Part shown: positions 1 through 8,552 of the stretch, one piece after another | How the letters are laid out: each line of letters begins with the position of its first letter | Numbering within the stretch: the first letter of the stretch is position 1 | Assembly (NCBI GenBank): GCA_963809485.1 | Contig: CAWEJX010000005.1 | Coordinates: 32,001-96,000, forward strand | Length of the DNA stretch: 64,000 nt | Source of the DNA: an uncultured Acidobacteriota bacterium | GTDB lineage: Bacteria; Acidobacteriota; UBA6911 | Direction: 5' to 3' | Position numbers and translations under genes: made by a program | The notes under the pieces: generated by a model | Databases searched by the model: none | What the model saw: the letters and a program-made list of their open reading frames with translations, nothing else | What the model was told of the DNA's origin: nothing

Positions 1-1
1 T

Positions 2-2221
2 GTCATCTCGGCCAGTCTCATAGGGTTCCGCTATCCGTCTATCCCGGAGTACAGGGTTGGCCAGATATCCGCTGCCGATGTTCGTGCGGGGCAGGATGTG
101 GTCTATGAAGACACCGCAGCCACCGATTTAAGGCGGGCGGAAGCGGAAGCCGGAGTCCCCGCCGTGTACCAGCTGGAATCCGGCCTGATCGACAGCCAGG
201 AAAAGATCATCAGCCGGGCTTTTTCGGATGCCCGGGCTGTCCTGGAGGAAAACGGGATCACTCCTGAGACGAAGCTGAGCAAGGCGGCCGAGTCCGGCCT
301 TCTCAAAAAACTGGAAGCCCGTGTCGGGCGGACCCTCTTGCCGCAGATACTCCCCATCCTTTTGCGACAGCGCTTCAACACGGACCTGGAAGGACGCCTG
401 GTAAAAATTTTCGATACGGTGCTGCGCGATGGCATCGTCGCCGACCGCGCGCAGTTTCTCAAGGATCAAAGGGCGGGTATCGTGACCCGCGACGGCCCCT
501 TTGGCGCGGAGCGGCCTCTGAGCGATTCGTATATGGCCCGGGATATCGCCGCAGCCAGGGAGCACCTGGGCAAATTGAGCGAGGGGCTCCCCGGATTGTC
601 GCGCAGAGACCGGAGGATTCTGGCCCAGAGTCTGGAAACCGCGCTGTCTCCGACGCTTGTTTATAACCGGGAGGAGACTGTGTCGAGGCGGGCCACGGTT
701 TCTTCGAGAGTGGCCCCGGTCATGATGCGGATCAAGCGGGGCCAGGTAATAGTCCGCAGCGGAGAGCATGTCACTCAGAACATTTTCGTGCAGCTGGATG
801 CTTTGAGGAACATGCGCCATGCAAGTTCGCTGGTGCGGCAATACGGGGGATACTTCCTTTTTGCCGCGATCCTGACGTACACCCTTTGGCGCTATCTTGC
901 CCTGTATCAGAGCCGTCACCGCAAAATACGCAAGCACACGGCATTGATTCTCACGATCGTCGCGACCGAGCTCGTCACGGTGCGTTTGGCCACGGCCCTT
1001 GCCGACATCCTGGGCGAACAGTTTCCGCGGTTCCACGATCCGTCGGTCCTGTATTACGGGATTCCATTCGCTTTCGGCGCGCTCCTGGTGACTTTGCTGG
1101 TCGATGTCAACCTGGGTATCATCACCAGCATGATACTGTCGGTCCTGGTGGGCCTTTTTTACGGCGATGTCAACCTCGCCGTGTACCTTTTGATCGGAAG
1201 CCTGGCGGGCATATACAGCATCCGTCAATACAAGGACCGGGCCGCCATCCTCAAGGCGGGGCTGACCATCGGGATCGTGAATATCGTCTGCATCGCGGGC
1301 CTGGATATTCTTCACCAGGTGGCGCAGCACCTCTCCGATGTGCTCGACCAGATCGTTCTGGCGCTGCTGGGAGGCATCCTCGCTTCGGCCGTCGCTTCCA
1401 TTCTGCTGCCCGCACTGGAAGCGCTTTTCAAGGTGGTGACGGACATCCGCCTGCTGGAGATGTCGAACCTGAACGCGCCCGTGTTGCGGCGGCTGTCGGT
1501 GGAAGCGCCCGGCACGTATCATCACAGCCTGATGGTGGCGACGCTGGCCGAAGACGCCGCCGAGAGCGTCGGCGCCAATCCGCTGCTCGCGCGCGTCGCG
1601 GCCTATTACCACGACATCGGGAAGATTCTGAATCCGGAGTTCTTCGTGGAAAACGAATCGGACGCCGGCAGCAGGCATGAGAGGCTTACGCCGCGGGAGA
1701 GCTGCTCCATCATTTCCAGCCATGTCCGGGAAGGCCTGAGGCTGGCCCTGGAGGCCGGCGTGCCGCAGCGCATCAGCGACATAATCCCGCAGCACCACGG
1801 CACGCGCATCATGACCTATTTCTACAAAAAGGCCCTGGAGATGGGCAGCGGCGGAGACAGCCAGGCCGACGAGGCGGATTTCCGCTATCCGGGCCCGAAG
1901 CCTCGGCGAAAAGAGGCGGCCATCATCATGATGGCGGATTCCGTCGAGGCAGCGTCCAAAACACTCGACGATCCGACGCCTCAGCAGATTCAGGCGATGA
2001 TCAACCGGCTGGTGGATGAAATAATAAACGACAACCAGTTCGATGAATGCGATATCACTTTCAGGGATGTGCAGCGGATCAAAGAGAGCTTTTTCAAGAT
2101 CCTAAGCGCCGTTTTCCACCACCGTATCGACTATCCGGGATATGACTTCAAAAACGTCGGTGAAGAATCCAGGAACGCCTCCGGACGGAATACAGGTCCT
2201 GAACCGGCAAAGACGGTATAG
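2..2221 (+). CDS. 7TM-HD (HDIG) membrane phosphohydrolase, PgpH-like cyclic-di-nucleotide phosphodiesterase family; 5' end lies outside the window
   Basis: Frame open from position 2; multiple TM segments, then GTYHHS..YYHDIGK..QHHGT..FRYPGPKP..MMADSVEAAS motifs; usual position upstream of ybeY. Confidence 0.85.
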   Translation, partial: VISASLIGFRYPSIPEYRVGQISAADVRAGQDVVYEDTAATDLRRAEAEAGVPAVYQLESGLIDSQEKIISRAFSDARAVLEENGITPETKLSKAAESGLLKKLEARVGRTLLPQILPILLRQRFNTDLEGRLVKIFDTVLRDGIVADRAQFLKDQRAGIVTRDGPFGAERPLSDSYMARDIAAAREHLGKLSEGLPGLSRRDRRILAQSLETALSPTLVYNREETVSRRATVSSRVAPVMMRIKRGQVIVRSGEHVTQNIFVQLDALRNMRHASSLVRQYGGYFLFAAILTYTLWRYLALYQSRHRKIRKHTALILTIVATELVTVRLATALADILGEQFPRFHDPSVLYYGIPFAFGALLVTLLVDVNLGIITSMILSVLVGLFYGDVNLAVYLLIGSLAGIYSIRQYKDRAAILKAGLTIGIVNIVCIAGLDILHQVAQHLSDVLDQIVLALLGGILASAVASILLPALEALFKVVTDIRLLEMSNLNAPVLRRLSVEAPGTYHHSLMVATLAEDAAESVGANPLLARVAAYYHDIGKILNPEFFVENESDAGSRHERLTPRESCSIISSHVREGLRLALEAGVPQRISDIIPQHHGTRIMTYFYKKALEMGSGGDSQADEADFRYPGPKPRRKEAAIIMMADSVEAASKTLDDPTPQQIQAMINRLVDEIINDNQFDECDITFRDVQRIKESFFKILSAVFHHRIDYPGYDFKNVGEESRNASGRNTGPEPAKTV

Positions 2222-2642
2222 GATTCACCGGGAGGCTGTGGCTTCCTTCTGTGCCGGTCTGCTCCGGACGCTTGGCCGGCCCGCCCGGAACGTGTCGGTT
2301 GTTTTTGTCAGCGCACGGAAGATGCGCGCCATGAACCGGCATTATCTCGGCAGAGACTACGAGACCGATGTGCTCAGTTTTTGCTATGAGGACGCCGCGG
2401 TCGAAGGATCGGCGCTCCTGGGAGAGATCCTCGTGGCGCCCGAGGTGGCTGTCCGCCAGGCCGGTGACTGCGGCGAGGATCCCGCAAGAGAGCTGAGAAA
2501 GCTTCTGGCGCACGGCTTGCTGCATCTTCTGGGATACGATCACGAGACCGACCGGGGCCGCATGAACCGCGTTCAAGCCCGTCTGATGCGGCAGGAGCCG
2601 CACAATTCGCCGGCAATGGCCGACTTGGAAGCGCGACGATGA
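2142..2642 (+). CDS. ybeY: rRNA maturation endoribonuclease YbeY
   Basis: TDVLSF and HGLLHLLGYDH zinc motif. Confidence 0.93.
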   Translation: MTSKTSVKNPGTPPDGIQVLNRQRRYRIHREAVASFCAGLLRTLGRPARNVSVVFVSARKMRAMNRHYLGRDYETDVLSFCYEDAAVEGSALLGEILVAPEVAVRQAGDCGEDPARELRKLLAHGLLHLLGYDHETDRGRMNRVQARLMRQEPHNSPAMADLEARR

Positions 2643-3934
2643 CTTTCACAATTGAACTGGCAGCCGTGGCAGTGTGCGTGGGATTTCTATTCTTCCTGGC
2701 GCTGGTGGAGAGCACCGTCATACAGTCCAGCCTGCTCACGCTGCGCATGATGGCCGAGCGCCTGGAAAAGCCGGCATCCCCGCTCCTGACGCGCGTGCTC
2801 GAAAACAGGATGGAGATCCTCGGGCCGCTGCACTTCGGACTCCAGGTTTCCCTGATAACGCTTGCGATCCTGACGACCCACCTTTTTGTCCGCGCCTGGC
2901 CCTGGCATGGCGTCCTGTTTTCCTTTGCCACCCTTTTCCTCATATCGATTTTTTTCCGCCAGTTGGCGCCGCTCCTGCTGACCCAGAACGAGCCCGAAAA
3001 AAAGCTGATCGGGCTGCTTCCGGCATTTTCTCCTGTCTACAGCGTCCTTCGCTCCCTCAGGCTGCCTATCTCCAGCATATTGAAACTGTTCAGGCGGCTC
3101 CACGATGAGGTCGAAAACGGCGGCAAGCCTGAGAGCGAAGAGGTGACGGGCGAGGAAATCCAGGCCTACCTGGATATTGGCGAAGACGAGGGAATCCTGC
3201 AGGAGGAGGATTCCGAACTCATTCAGTCCGTGGTCGAGTTTGGGAATACCCTGGTTCGTGAAGTGATGACGTCACGGACCAAGATTGTGGCCTGCGAGGA
3301 AAACGCCACCATCGCCGATCTGCGGGAAATGATGATACAGCATCGCCATTCGCGCATCCCGATCTACCGCGGGGACATGGACCATATCGTGGGAATCGCG
3401 TACATCCGCCAGCTCATGGCGGCCTATGTCAAAGGCAGGGAATCCGATCCCATAGCCGGACTGGTCAATCCCGTGATGTTTGTCCCCGGAACCAAGCCGG
3501 TCTCCAAGCTCCTGAAAGAACTCCAGGAAAAAGGCGACCATACCGCCATCGTGATTGATGAATTCGGCGGTGTTGCGGGACTGGTCACCATCGAGGATCT
3601 GGTGGAGGAGATCATAGGGGAAATACGGGACGAGGATGAAGCCAAGGTCAGCAAAATTATAGAGGAAGGGCCCAGGACCTTCGTCATGCGAGGCAGCACG
3701 GAGCTTTCCCGGCTGGAGGAACTGACGGGCAGGAAATTTGATGACCTCAACTGCACGACCGTGGCCGGGCTGATCATGGGATTCCTGGGCCGGGTCCCGT
3801 CGCCGGGTGAAGCCTTCGAGATGGAGGGATTGCGTATCCAGATCCTGGATGCGGACCGCAAACGGGCGCATTGGATCCGGATCCAGCTGCCGGATGTCCA
3901 GAGCGAGGAATCCCGGACGCAGAAGGTCCAGTGA
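2639..3934 (+). CDS. HlyC/CorC family membrane protein (DUF21-CBS-CBS-CorC)
   Basis: N-terminal TMs, VREVMT, HSRIPIY, DEFGGVAGLVTIEDLVEEIIGEIRDE; ATGA overlap with ybeY. Confidence 0.9.
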   Translation: MTFTIELAAVAVCVGFLFFLALVESTVIQSSLLTLRMMAERLEKPASPLLTRVLENRMEILGPLHFGLQVSLITLAILTTHLFVRAWPWHGVLFSFATLFLISIFFRQLAPLLLTQNEPEKKLIGLLPAFSPVYSVLRSLRLPISSILKLFRRLHDEVENGGKPESEEVTGEEIQAYLDIGEDEGILQEEDSELIQSVVEFGNTLVREVMTSRTKIVACEENATIADLREMMIQHRHSRIPIYRGDMDHIVGIAYIRQLMAAYVKGRESDPIAGLVNPVMFVPGTKPVSKLLKELQEKGDHTAIVIDEFGGVAGLVTIEDLVEEIIGEIRDEDEAKVSKIIEEGPRTFVMRGSTELSRLEELTGRKFDDLNCTTVAGLIMGFLGRVPSPGEAFEMEGLRIQILDADRKRAHWIRIQLPDVQSEESRTQKVQ

Positions 3935-3967
3935 GCTTCCGGCCGGTCGTCAGCTTTCGGATGAATT

Positions 3968-4008
3968 ACGCTGACATACGCTGAAAGAAGCGCTGACGCA
4001 CGCCGACT
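3968..4008 (+). repeat. ACGCYGA phased short-repeat array (family C)
   Basis: acgctgacatacgctgaaagaagcgctgacgcacgccgac. Confidence 0.7.
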
Positions 4009-4106
4009 GATGAAGCAGGCGTCCGGGTAAGTCAGCCATAAAAACCGGTTCGAAAATGAGCCGTTTACCGTGAATGTTTTCACCGGTGCTCATTGCCGGA
4101 GAACAT

Positions 4107-5297
4107 ATGTTTGATGCCGAGGACCGCAGGTTCATGCGCAGGGCGATTGCGCTGGCCGAGAAAGGGATCGGCCGGGCGAGCCCCAATCCGCCGGTCGGTT
4201 GCGTCGTAGTCCGGGACGGCCGGATCGTGGGCCGCGGCTGGCACGAATACGCTCTTCTGGATCACGCCGAAGTCCGCGCTCTGCGGGAGGCGTCGGACAG
4301 AGCGCGCGGCGCCACGGTTTATGTGACACTGGAACCCTGCTGCCATCAGGGCAGGACGCCCCCCTGCGTGAACCGGCTGATAGAAGCGAAAGTCGGCCGG
4401 GTTGTCGCCGCGCGGCCCGATCCGAACCCCGCAGTCTCGGGACGCGGCATCGAGATGCTGCGGTCCGCCGGCATACGCGTGGACGTGGGGCTCATGGAAG
4501 AAAAGGCCGGCGAACTCATAGAATCCTTCGCCTGCCATATCACCACGGGCTTGCCGCTGGTTGTCTCCAAAGCCGGCATGTCCCTGGACGGCAAGATCGG
4601 CACGGGAAAACCGGAGGGACGATACATCACCTCACCCGAGAGCAGGGAATTGGGACAGCTGTTAAGGCTGCGCGCCGATGCGATCCTTGTCGGCGCCGGT
4701 ACGGTATTGGCCGACGACCCGGAGTTAACTTACCGGGGAGCGGTTGCCAAAGGCAGGCCGCTGACAAAGGTCATCCTCGATCCGCATCTGAAAACGCCGG
4801 AATCGGCGCGAATTTTCCGCGATGCTTCGCATTGCCCGGCCGTGCTGTTCTGCAAAGCGGGCACGCCGGGCAGGCGGCGCAAAAGAATGGAAGACCTGGG
4901 CGCCGAGACCGTCGCGGTCGCCTGCCGCGGGGACGAACTTGATCTCAGAGCCGTGTTGAAGGAACTGGGCAAAAGGGGAGTGCTCGGCCTTCTGGTGGAA
5001 GGCGGCAGCCGTGTTCACTGGTCCTTCCTGAGCGGCCGTTTGACCGACAAATTCTACTTTATGATTGCGCCCCTGGTGCTTGGCGGTCAAAACTTCGTTC
5101 CATCGGTCGGGGGCAAGGGTTACGGGTCGGCGGCAGAGTCTCCCAAATTCAAAATTCGCAGCAGCTTCAACGCCGGACCGGATCTGATCCTGGAAGCCTA
5201 CCCGTCGTATTCGAGATCGATCCTTTCGCCTTGGCTCTCTCCAGAAACCGCTCCATTTCGCGGGCGATATCGGGCGCCTTCATCAGGGCGGAAATAA
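4107..5297 (+). CDS. ribD: Riboflavin biosynthesis bifunctional deaminase/reductase RibD
   Basis: PNPPVGCV, HAE, TLEPCCHQGRTPPC, SLDGKI, LLVEGG. Confidence 0.95.
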   Translation: MFDAEDRRFMRRAIALAEKGIGRASPNPPVGCVVVRDGRIVGRGWHEYALLDHAEVRALREASDRARGATVYVTLEPCCHQGRTPPCVNRLIEAKVGRVVAARPDPNPAVSGRGIEMLRSAGIRVDVGLMEEKAGELIESFACHITTGLPLVVSKAGMSLDGKIGTGKPEGRYITSPESRELGQLLRLRADAILVGAGTVLADDPELTYRGAVAKGRPLTKVILDPHLKTPESARIFRDASHCPAVLFCKAGTPGRRRKRMEDLGAETVAVACRGDELDLRAVLKELGKRGVLGLLVEGGSRVHWSFLSGRLTDKFYFMIAPLVLGGQNFVPSVGGKGYGSAAESPKFKIRSSFNAGPDLILEAYPSYSRSILSPWLSPETAPFRGRYRAPSSGRK

Positions 5298-5850
5298 CGG
5301 CGACGCTGGCCGCGCCCGCGTCCAGGGCTTCGCGGATCTGATCGAAACCGATTCCGCCGATCGCAGCCACAGGAATCGAGGATGCCCGGCACGCGCGGGC
5401 CAGGCCGTCCAGGCCCGCAACCGGGGCCGCGTCCTGCTTGGTAGCCGTTGCGTACACGGGCCCGAATCCGATGTACTGAATGGCAAGATGCTGGCAGCCG
5501 CGCACCTGCGCGAGCGAATGGGCTGAAAACCCTATAATGCTTTCAGGCCCAAGCACAGCCCTCGCTTCTTCCGGAGGCAGATCCTCCTGCCCCAGGTGAA
5601 CCCCGGCCGCGCCGCTCGAAAGCGCAAGATCGCACAGGTCGTTGACGATCAGCCGGACGTTTCTGACCGAGCAGAACTCGACACACTGCACGAGGTCGGG
5701 CAGAAGCTCGCTGGCCGGTGTGTGTTTGTCCCGCAACTGCACGAGCTGCGCGCCCCCCCGGACGAGTTCCTTCAGGATGCTCAAGTGGGTCGGCCGTTTG
5801 GCGAGCTGTTTGTCCGTGATCGGATAGACCGGAGGGAGGATAAACGTCAT
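5167..5850 (-). CDS. thiE: Thiamine-phosphate synthase
   Basis: VQLRDK, LIVND, GVHLGQED, GPVYATATK, AIGGI. Confidence 0.93.
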   Translation of the reverse strand: MTFILPPVYPITDKQLAKRPTHLSILKELVRGGAQLVQLRDKHTPASELLPDLVQCVEFCSVRNVRLIVNDLCDLALSSGAAGVHLGQEDLPPEEARAVLGPESIIGFSAHSLAQVRGCQHLAIQYIGFGPVYATATKQDAAPVAGLDGLARACRASSIPVAAIGGIGFDQIREALDAGAASVAVISALMKAPDIAREMERFLERAKAKGSISNTTGRLPGSDPVRR

Positions 5851-5952
5851 AGAAATCCCAACGACTTGCTGCGCGCTATATGTTACACGTGGAACGTGAA
5901 ACGTGGAACGCTATAAAGCAACTGCCACTATGCAACCACAGATGCCCCAATC

Positions 5953-6037
5953 CCTCAGACCCTTTGATCCTCTGATCCTCTGATCCTCAGATCCTCCTGA
6001 CCCTCAGACCCTTTGATCCTTTGATCCTTTGATCCTC
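5953..6037. repeat. Degenerate 8-bp tandem repeat (TYWGAYCC-like) directly after the accC stop
   Basis: ctttgatcctctgatcctctgatcctcagatcc...ctttgatcctttgatcctttgatcc. Confidence 0.8.
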
Positions 6038-7377
6038 TAAGAGCGGTTCCACCGTTCCAGAAAGCGTGTGTCGATCCTGCCGGCGCGGAAATCTTCGTCG
6101 GCCAGAATCTTCTGGTGAAGCGGAATGGTCGTCTGGACGCCTTCAATGACGGTCATTTCCAGCGCACGGCGCATGCGGCTGATGGCCTCGGCGCGGTCTT
6201 TTCCCCAGCAGATGATTTTGGCGATCAGCGAATCGTAATGAGGCGTGATCACGTATTCATTGTAAGCCGCAGAGTCGACCCGGACGCCGATTCCGACGGG
6301 CGGATGGAAGGTGGTCAGCTTGCCGGGGGAAGGTAAATACGTGTCCGGGCTTTCCGCATTCACACGGCACTCGATGGCGCTGCCGCGAAAAACGATATCT
6401 TCCTGCCGATAGCCCAATTGCTCGCCGGCGGCTATGCGTATCTGTTCCTTGACCAGGTCGAGTCCGGTGACCATTTCGGTGACAGGGTGCTCGACCTGAA
6501 TGCGCGTGTTCATTTCCATGAAATAGAAGCGGCCTCTGTCGTCGACCACGAATTCCATAGTCCCGGCGTTGGTGTAACTAACGGAGCGCGCGGCCTGGAC
6601 TGCCAGGCTGCCGAGCTCTGCCCGCATCGACGGGGTCAGGTAGGCGGAAGGGGATTCCTCGATCAGTTTTTGGTAGCGCCTTTGAATCGAGCACTCTCTC
6701 TCCCCAAGATGGATGGTATTGCCGTGCTGATCGGCCAGAATCTGGAACTCAATGTGGCGCGCGGCAGGGAGGTATTTCTCAAAATAGACATCGCCCGACC
6801 CGAAGGCGGATTGCGCCTCGTTGCGGGCGATTTCCAGGGCTCCCGGGAGTTCTTCCGGCGTCCAGACGATGCGCATGCCTTTGCCGCCGCCGCCCGCGGC
6901 CGCTTTGACAATCACGGGAAAACCGATTTCGTGCGCTTTGGGAACCGCGGAAGCAAAGGGGGGCTTGATTTTGTCCGTCCCGGGCACGACGGGCAGTCCC
7001 GCCTCGCTCATGGCCTTCCTTGCGACTTCCTTGTCGCCCATCAGCCTTATGATGTCGGGGGAGGGGCCGATGAACTTGATGCCGCAGGCTTCGCACACTT
7101 CGGCGAAATAGGCGCTTTCGGATAGGAAGCCGTACCCGGGGTGAATGGCATCGGTGTTGGTGATTTCCGCGGCGCTGAGGACTGCCGGGATGTTCAGGTA
7201 GCTGTCGGCGCTGGGCGGGGGGCCGATGCAGACGGCCTCGTCGGCGAAGCGCACATGGAGCGAGTGCTGGTCGGCCTGGGAATACACGGCTACGGTCGGT
7301 ATCCCGAGTTCCTTGCAGGCACAGATGATGCGGAGGGCGATTTCACCGCGGTTGGCTACAAGTATCTTTCGAAACAT
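6037..7377 (-). CDS. accC: Acetyl-CoA carboxylase biotin carboxylase
   Basis: [41 protein letters not shown]. Confidence 0.97.
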   Translation of the reverse strand: MFRKILVANRGEIALRIICACKELGIPTVAVYSQADQHSLHVRFADEAVCIGPPPSADSYLNIPAVLSAAEITNTDAIHPGYGFLSESAYFAEVCEACGIKFIGPSPDIIRLMGDKEVARKAMSEAGLPVVPGTDKIKPPFASAVPKAHEIGFPVIVKAAAGGGGKGMRIVWTPEELPGALEIARNEAQSAFGSGDVYFEKYLPAARHIEFQILADQHGNTIHLGERECSIQRRYQKLIEESPSAYLTPSMRAELGSLAVQAARSVSYTNAGTMEFVVDDRGRFYFMEMNTRIQVEHPVTEMVTGLDLVKEQIRIAAGEQLGYRQEDIVFRGSAIECRVNAESPDTYLPSPGKLTTFHPPVGIGVRVDSAAYNEYVITPHYDSLIAKIICWGKDRAEAISRMRRALEMTVIEGVQTTIPLHQKILADEDFRAGRIDTRFLERWNRS

Positions 7378-7386
7378 TGGCGGGGA

Positions 7387-7875
7387 CTAGCCTTGCCTGC
7401 GGGGGCGGATGCCGAAGAGTTTTTGGCCGAATTCAATCGGGCGGCCGTTTTCAAAATACACCCGGACGACTTCCCCCGCGATATCCGAAGGTATCTCATT
7501 CATGAGTTTCATTGCTTCCACCAGGCATAGGATCGTGCCTTCCTCGATCTGGTCTCCCGGCCTGACATACGGTTCGGCTCCCGGGGAGGGCGCCCGGTAG
7601 GCGGTGCCCACGATGGGAGACGTGACGAGGTGAAGGTCTTCGTTCACCGATTCTTCGGCGTCTTCCTTCGGCGGCAAGGCCGCCCCGGAGACATCGGGCT
7701 GCAGCGCAATCTCTTCCGCGGCCGCGGATGGCGAGGCCGCGAGTGAAACCACGGCCGGACCGGTTCCCGATCCCCGTTTGATTTTCACGCGGGTTCCGGA
7801 ATGCTCCAATTCAAACTCACTGATGTCGCTCCGGAGCACTTCGCGGATCAGTTCTTTAACTTCCTTGATGTTCAT
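7387..7875 (-). CDS. accB: Biotin carboxyl carrier protein
   Basis: MNIKEVKELI start, SPIVGT, EAMKLMNEI biotin motif; the ORF-track extension to 8205 is repeat sequence. Confidence 0.95.
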   Translation of the reverse strand: MNIKEVKELIREVLRSDISEFELEHSGTRVKIKRGSGTGPAVVSLAASPSAAAEEIALQPDVSGAALPPKEDAEESVNEDLHLVTSPIVGTAYRAPSPGAEPYVRPGDQIEEGTILCLVEAMKLMNEIPSDIAGEVVRVYFENGRPIEFGQKLFGIRPRRQG

Positions 7876-7884
7876 GCCTGATTC

Positions 7885-8277
7885 CATTGGCAAACCCCCG
7901 ACTCTGCCGGGGGACTCATAGAGTTTGACAGCTCCGTATTTTGAAACGCTGAGATACGCTGACAAAAGCGCTGACAAACGCCGATCTGTTCGGCGAGGGT
8001 CGGCGAGCAAAAGCCGATGAGGCGCTTCCGATGAAGTTTTCTGCGGCGGCACTGTGGCAAGCGCCGTGCGGTAAGGAGATGGAGAGTATGAGAAACCGGG
8101 CGTTTGCCACAGTGCCGCCGCAGAAAACTGTCCAGCGCGGAGCGCTGGCCCCTGCGGGGATCGGAAGCGCCTCATCGGCTTTTGCCCGCGTAAGTCAGCG
8201 TTCAAGACCAGCGTAACTCCTCCAACCGCTTTGAGCGGTTCAAATCTTGCCTCCGGCTTTGCCGGAGGTACCTGACT
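7885..8277 (+). mobile_element. Family A non-autonomous IS200/IS605-like element, full copy (inner loop orientation 1)
   Basis: Left hairpin CCCCCGACTCTGCCGGGGG + GAGTTTGACA; right end AACCGCTTTGAGCGGTT and CCTCCGGCTTTGCCGGAGG; nested 26-bp IRs; 9 related copies in window. Confidence 0.8.
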
Positions 8278-8348
8278 TTCCCCCGGTTGTTTCCGCCGGG
8301 AAGTTTCGGATCATAGCATCATCGATCCGGCCTGTCAAAAGCCTGACG

Positions 8349-8446
8349 GCGTTGAACGTTTCCACGTTTGCACGTTTACACGTTGAAACGTTCAACGTTC
8401 AAACGTTCCACGTTCCACCTTCCACCTTCCACCTTCCACTTTCCAC
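8349..8446. repeat. AACGTT / TTCCACB 7-8-bp short tandem array (family D)
   Basis: cgttgaacgtttccacgtttgcacgtttacacgttgaaacgttcaacgttcaaacgttccacgttccaccttccacc. Confidence 0.85.
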
Positions 8447-8497
8447 AAATTTATCGCAGGGACCTGCTTTTAGGAGTACTTCGCCTGGGCGAAGGCA

Positions 8498-8546
8498 GGG
8501 CGCAAGATCGAGCGGAGTGGAGGCGAATCCGCTCGATCCTGCGCCC
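8498..8546. terminator. GC-rich stem-loop just downstream of pilQ
   Basis: gggcgcaagatcgagcgga ... tccgctcgatcctgcgccc (19-bp stem, 1 mismatch); no clear U-tract. Confidence 0.5.
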
Positions 8547-8552
8547 GGTGGG

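Noticed and set aside
128-1798. Long antisense ORFs (also 17982-19484, 21299-22507, 40437-42296 and others)
   Set aside because: Shadow frames of well-supported genes in GC-rich DNA, with no recognisable motifs.
3935-4106. FMN riboswitch before ribD, TPP riboswitch before thiE, yybP-ykoY before terC
   Set aside because: Consensus motifs not seen; the leaders are short or occupied by short repeats.
7872-8216. Recurrent small ORFs (MPQCRRRK.., MNADLRGQK.., MANARFL..) also at about 14.7, 23.2 and 36.7 kb
   Set aside because: They are translations of the family A repeat; frames and lengths are not conserved between copies.
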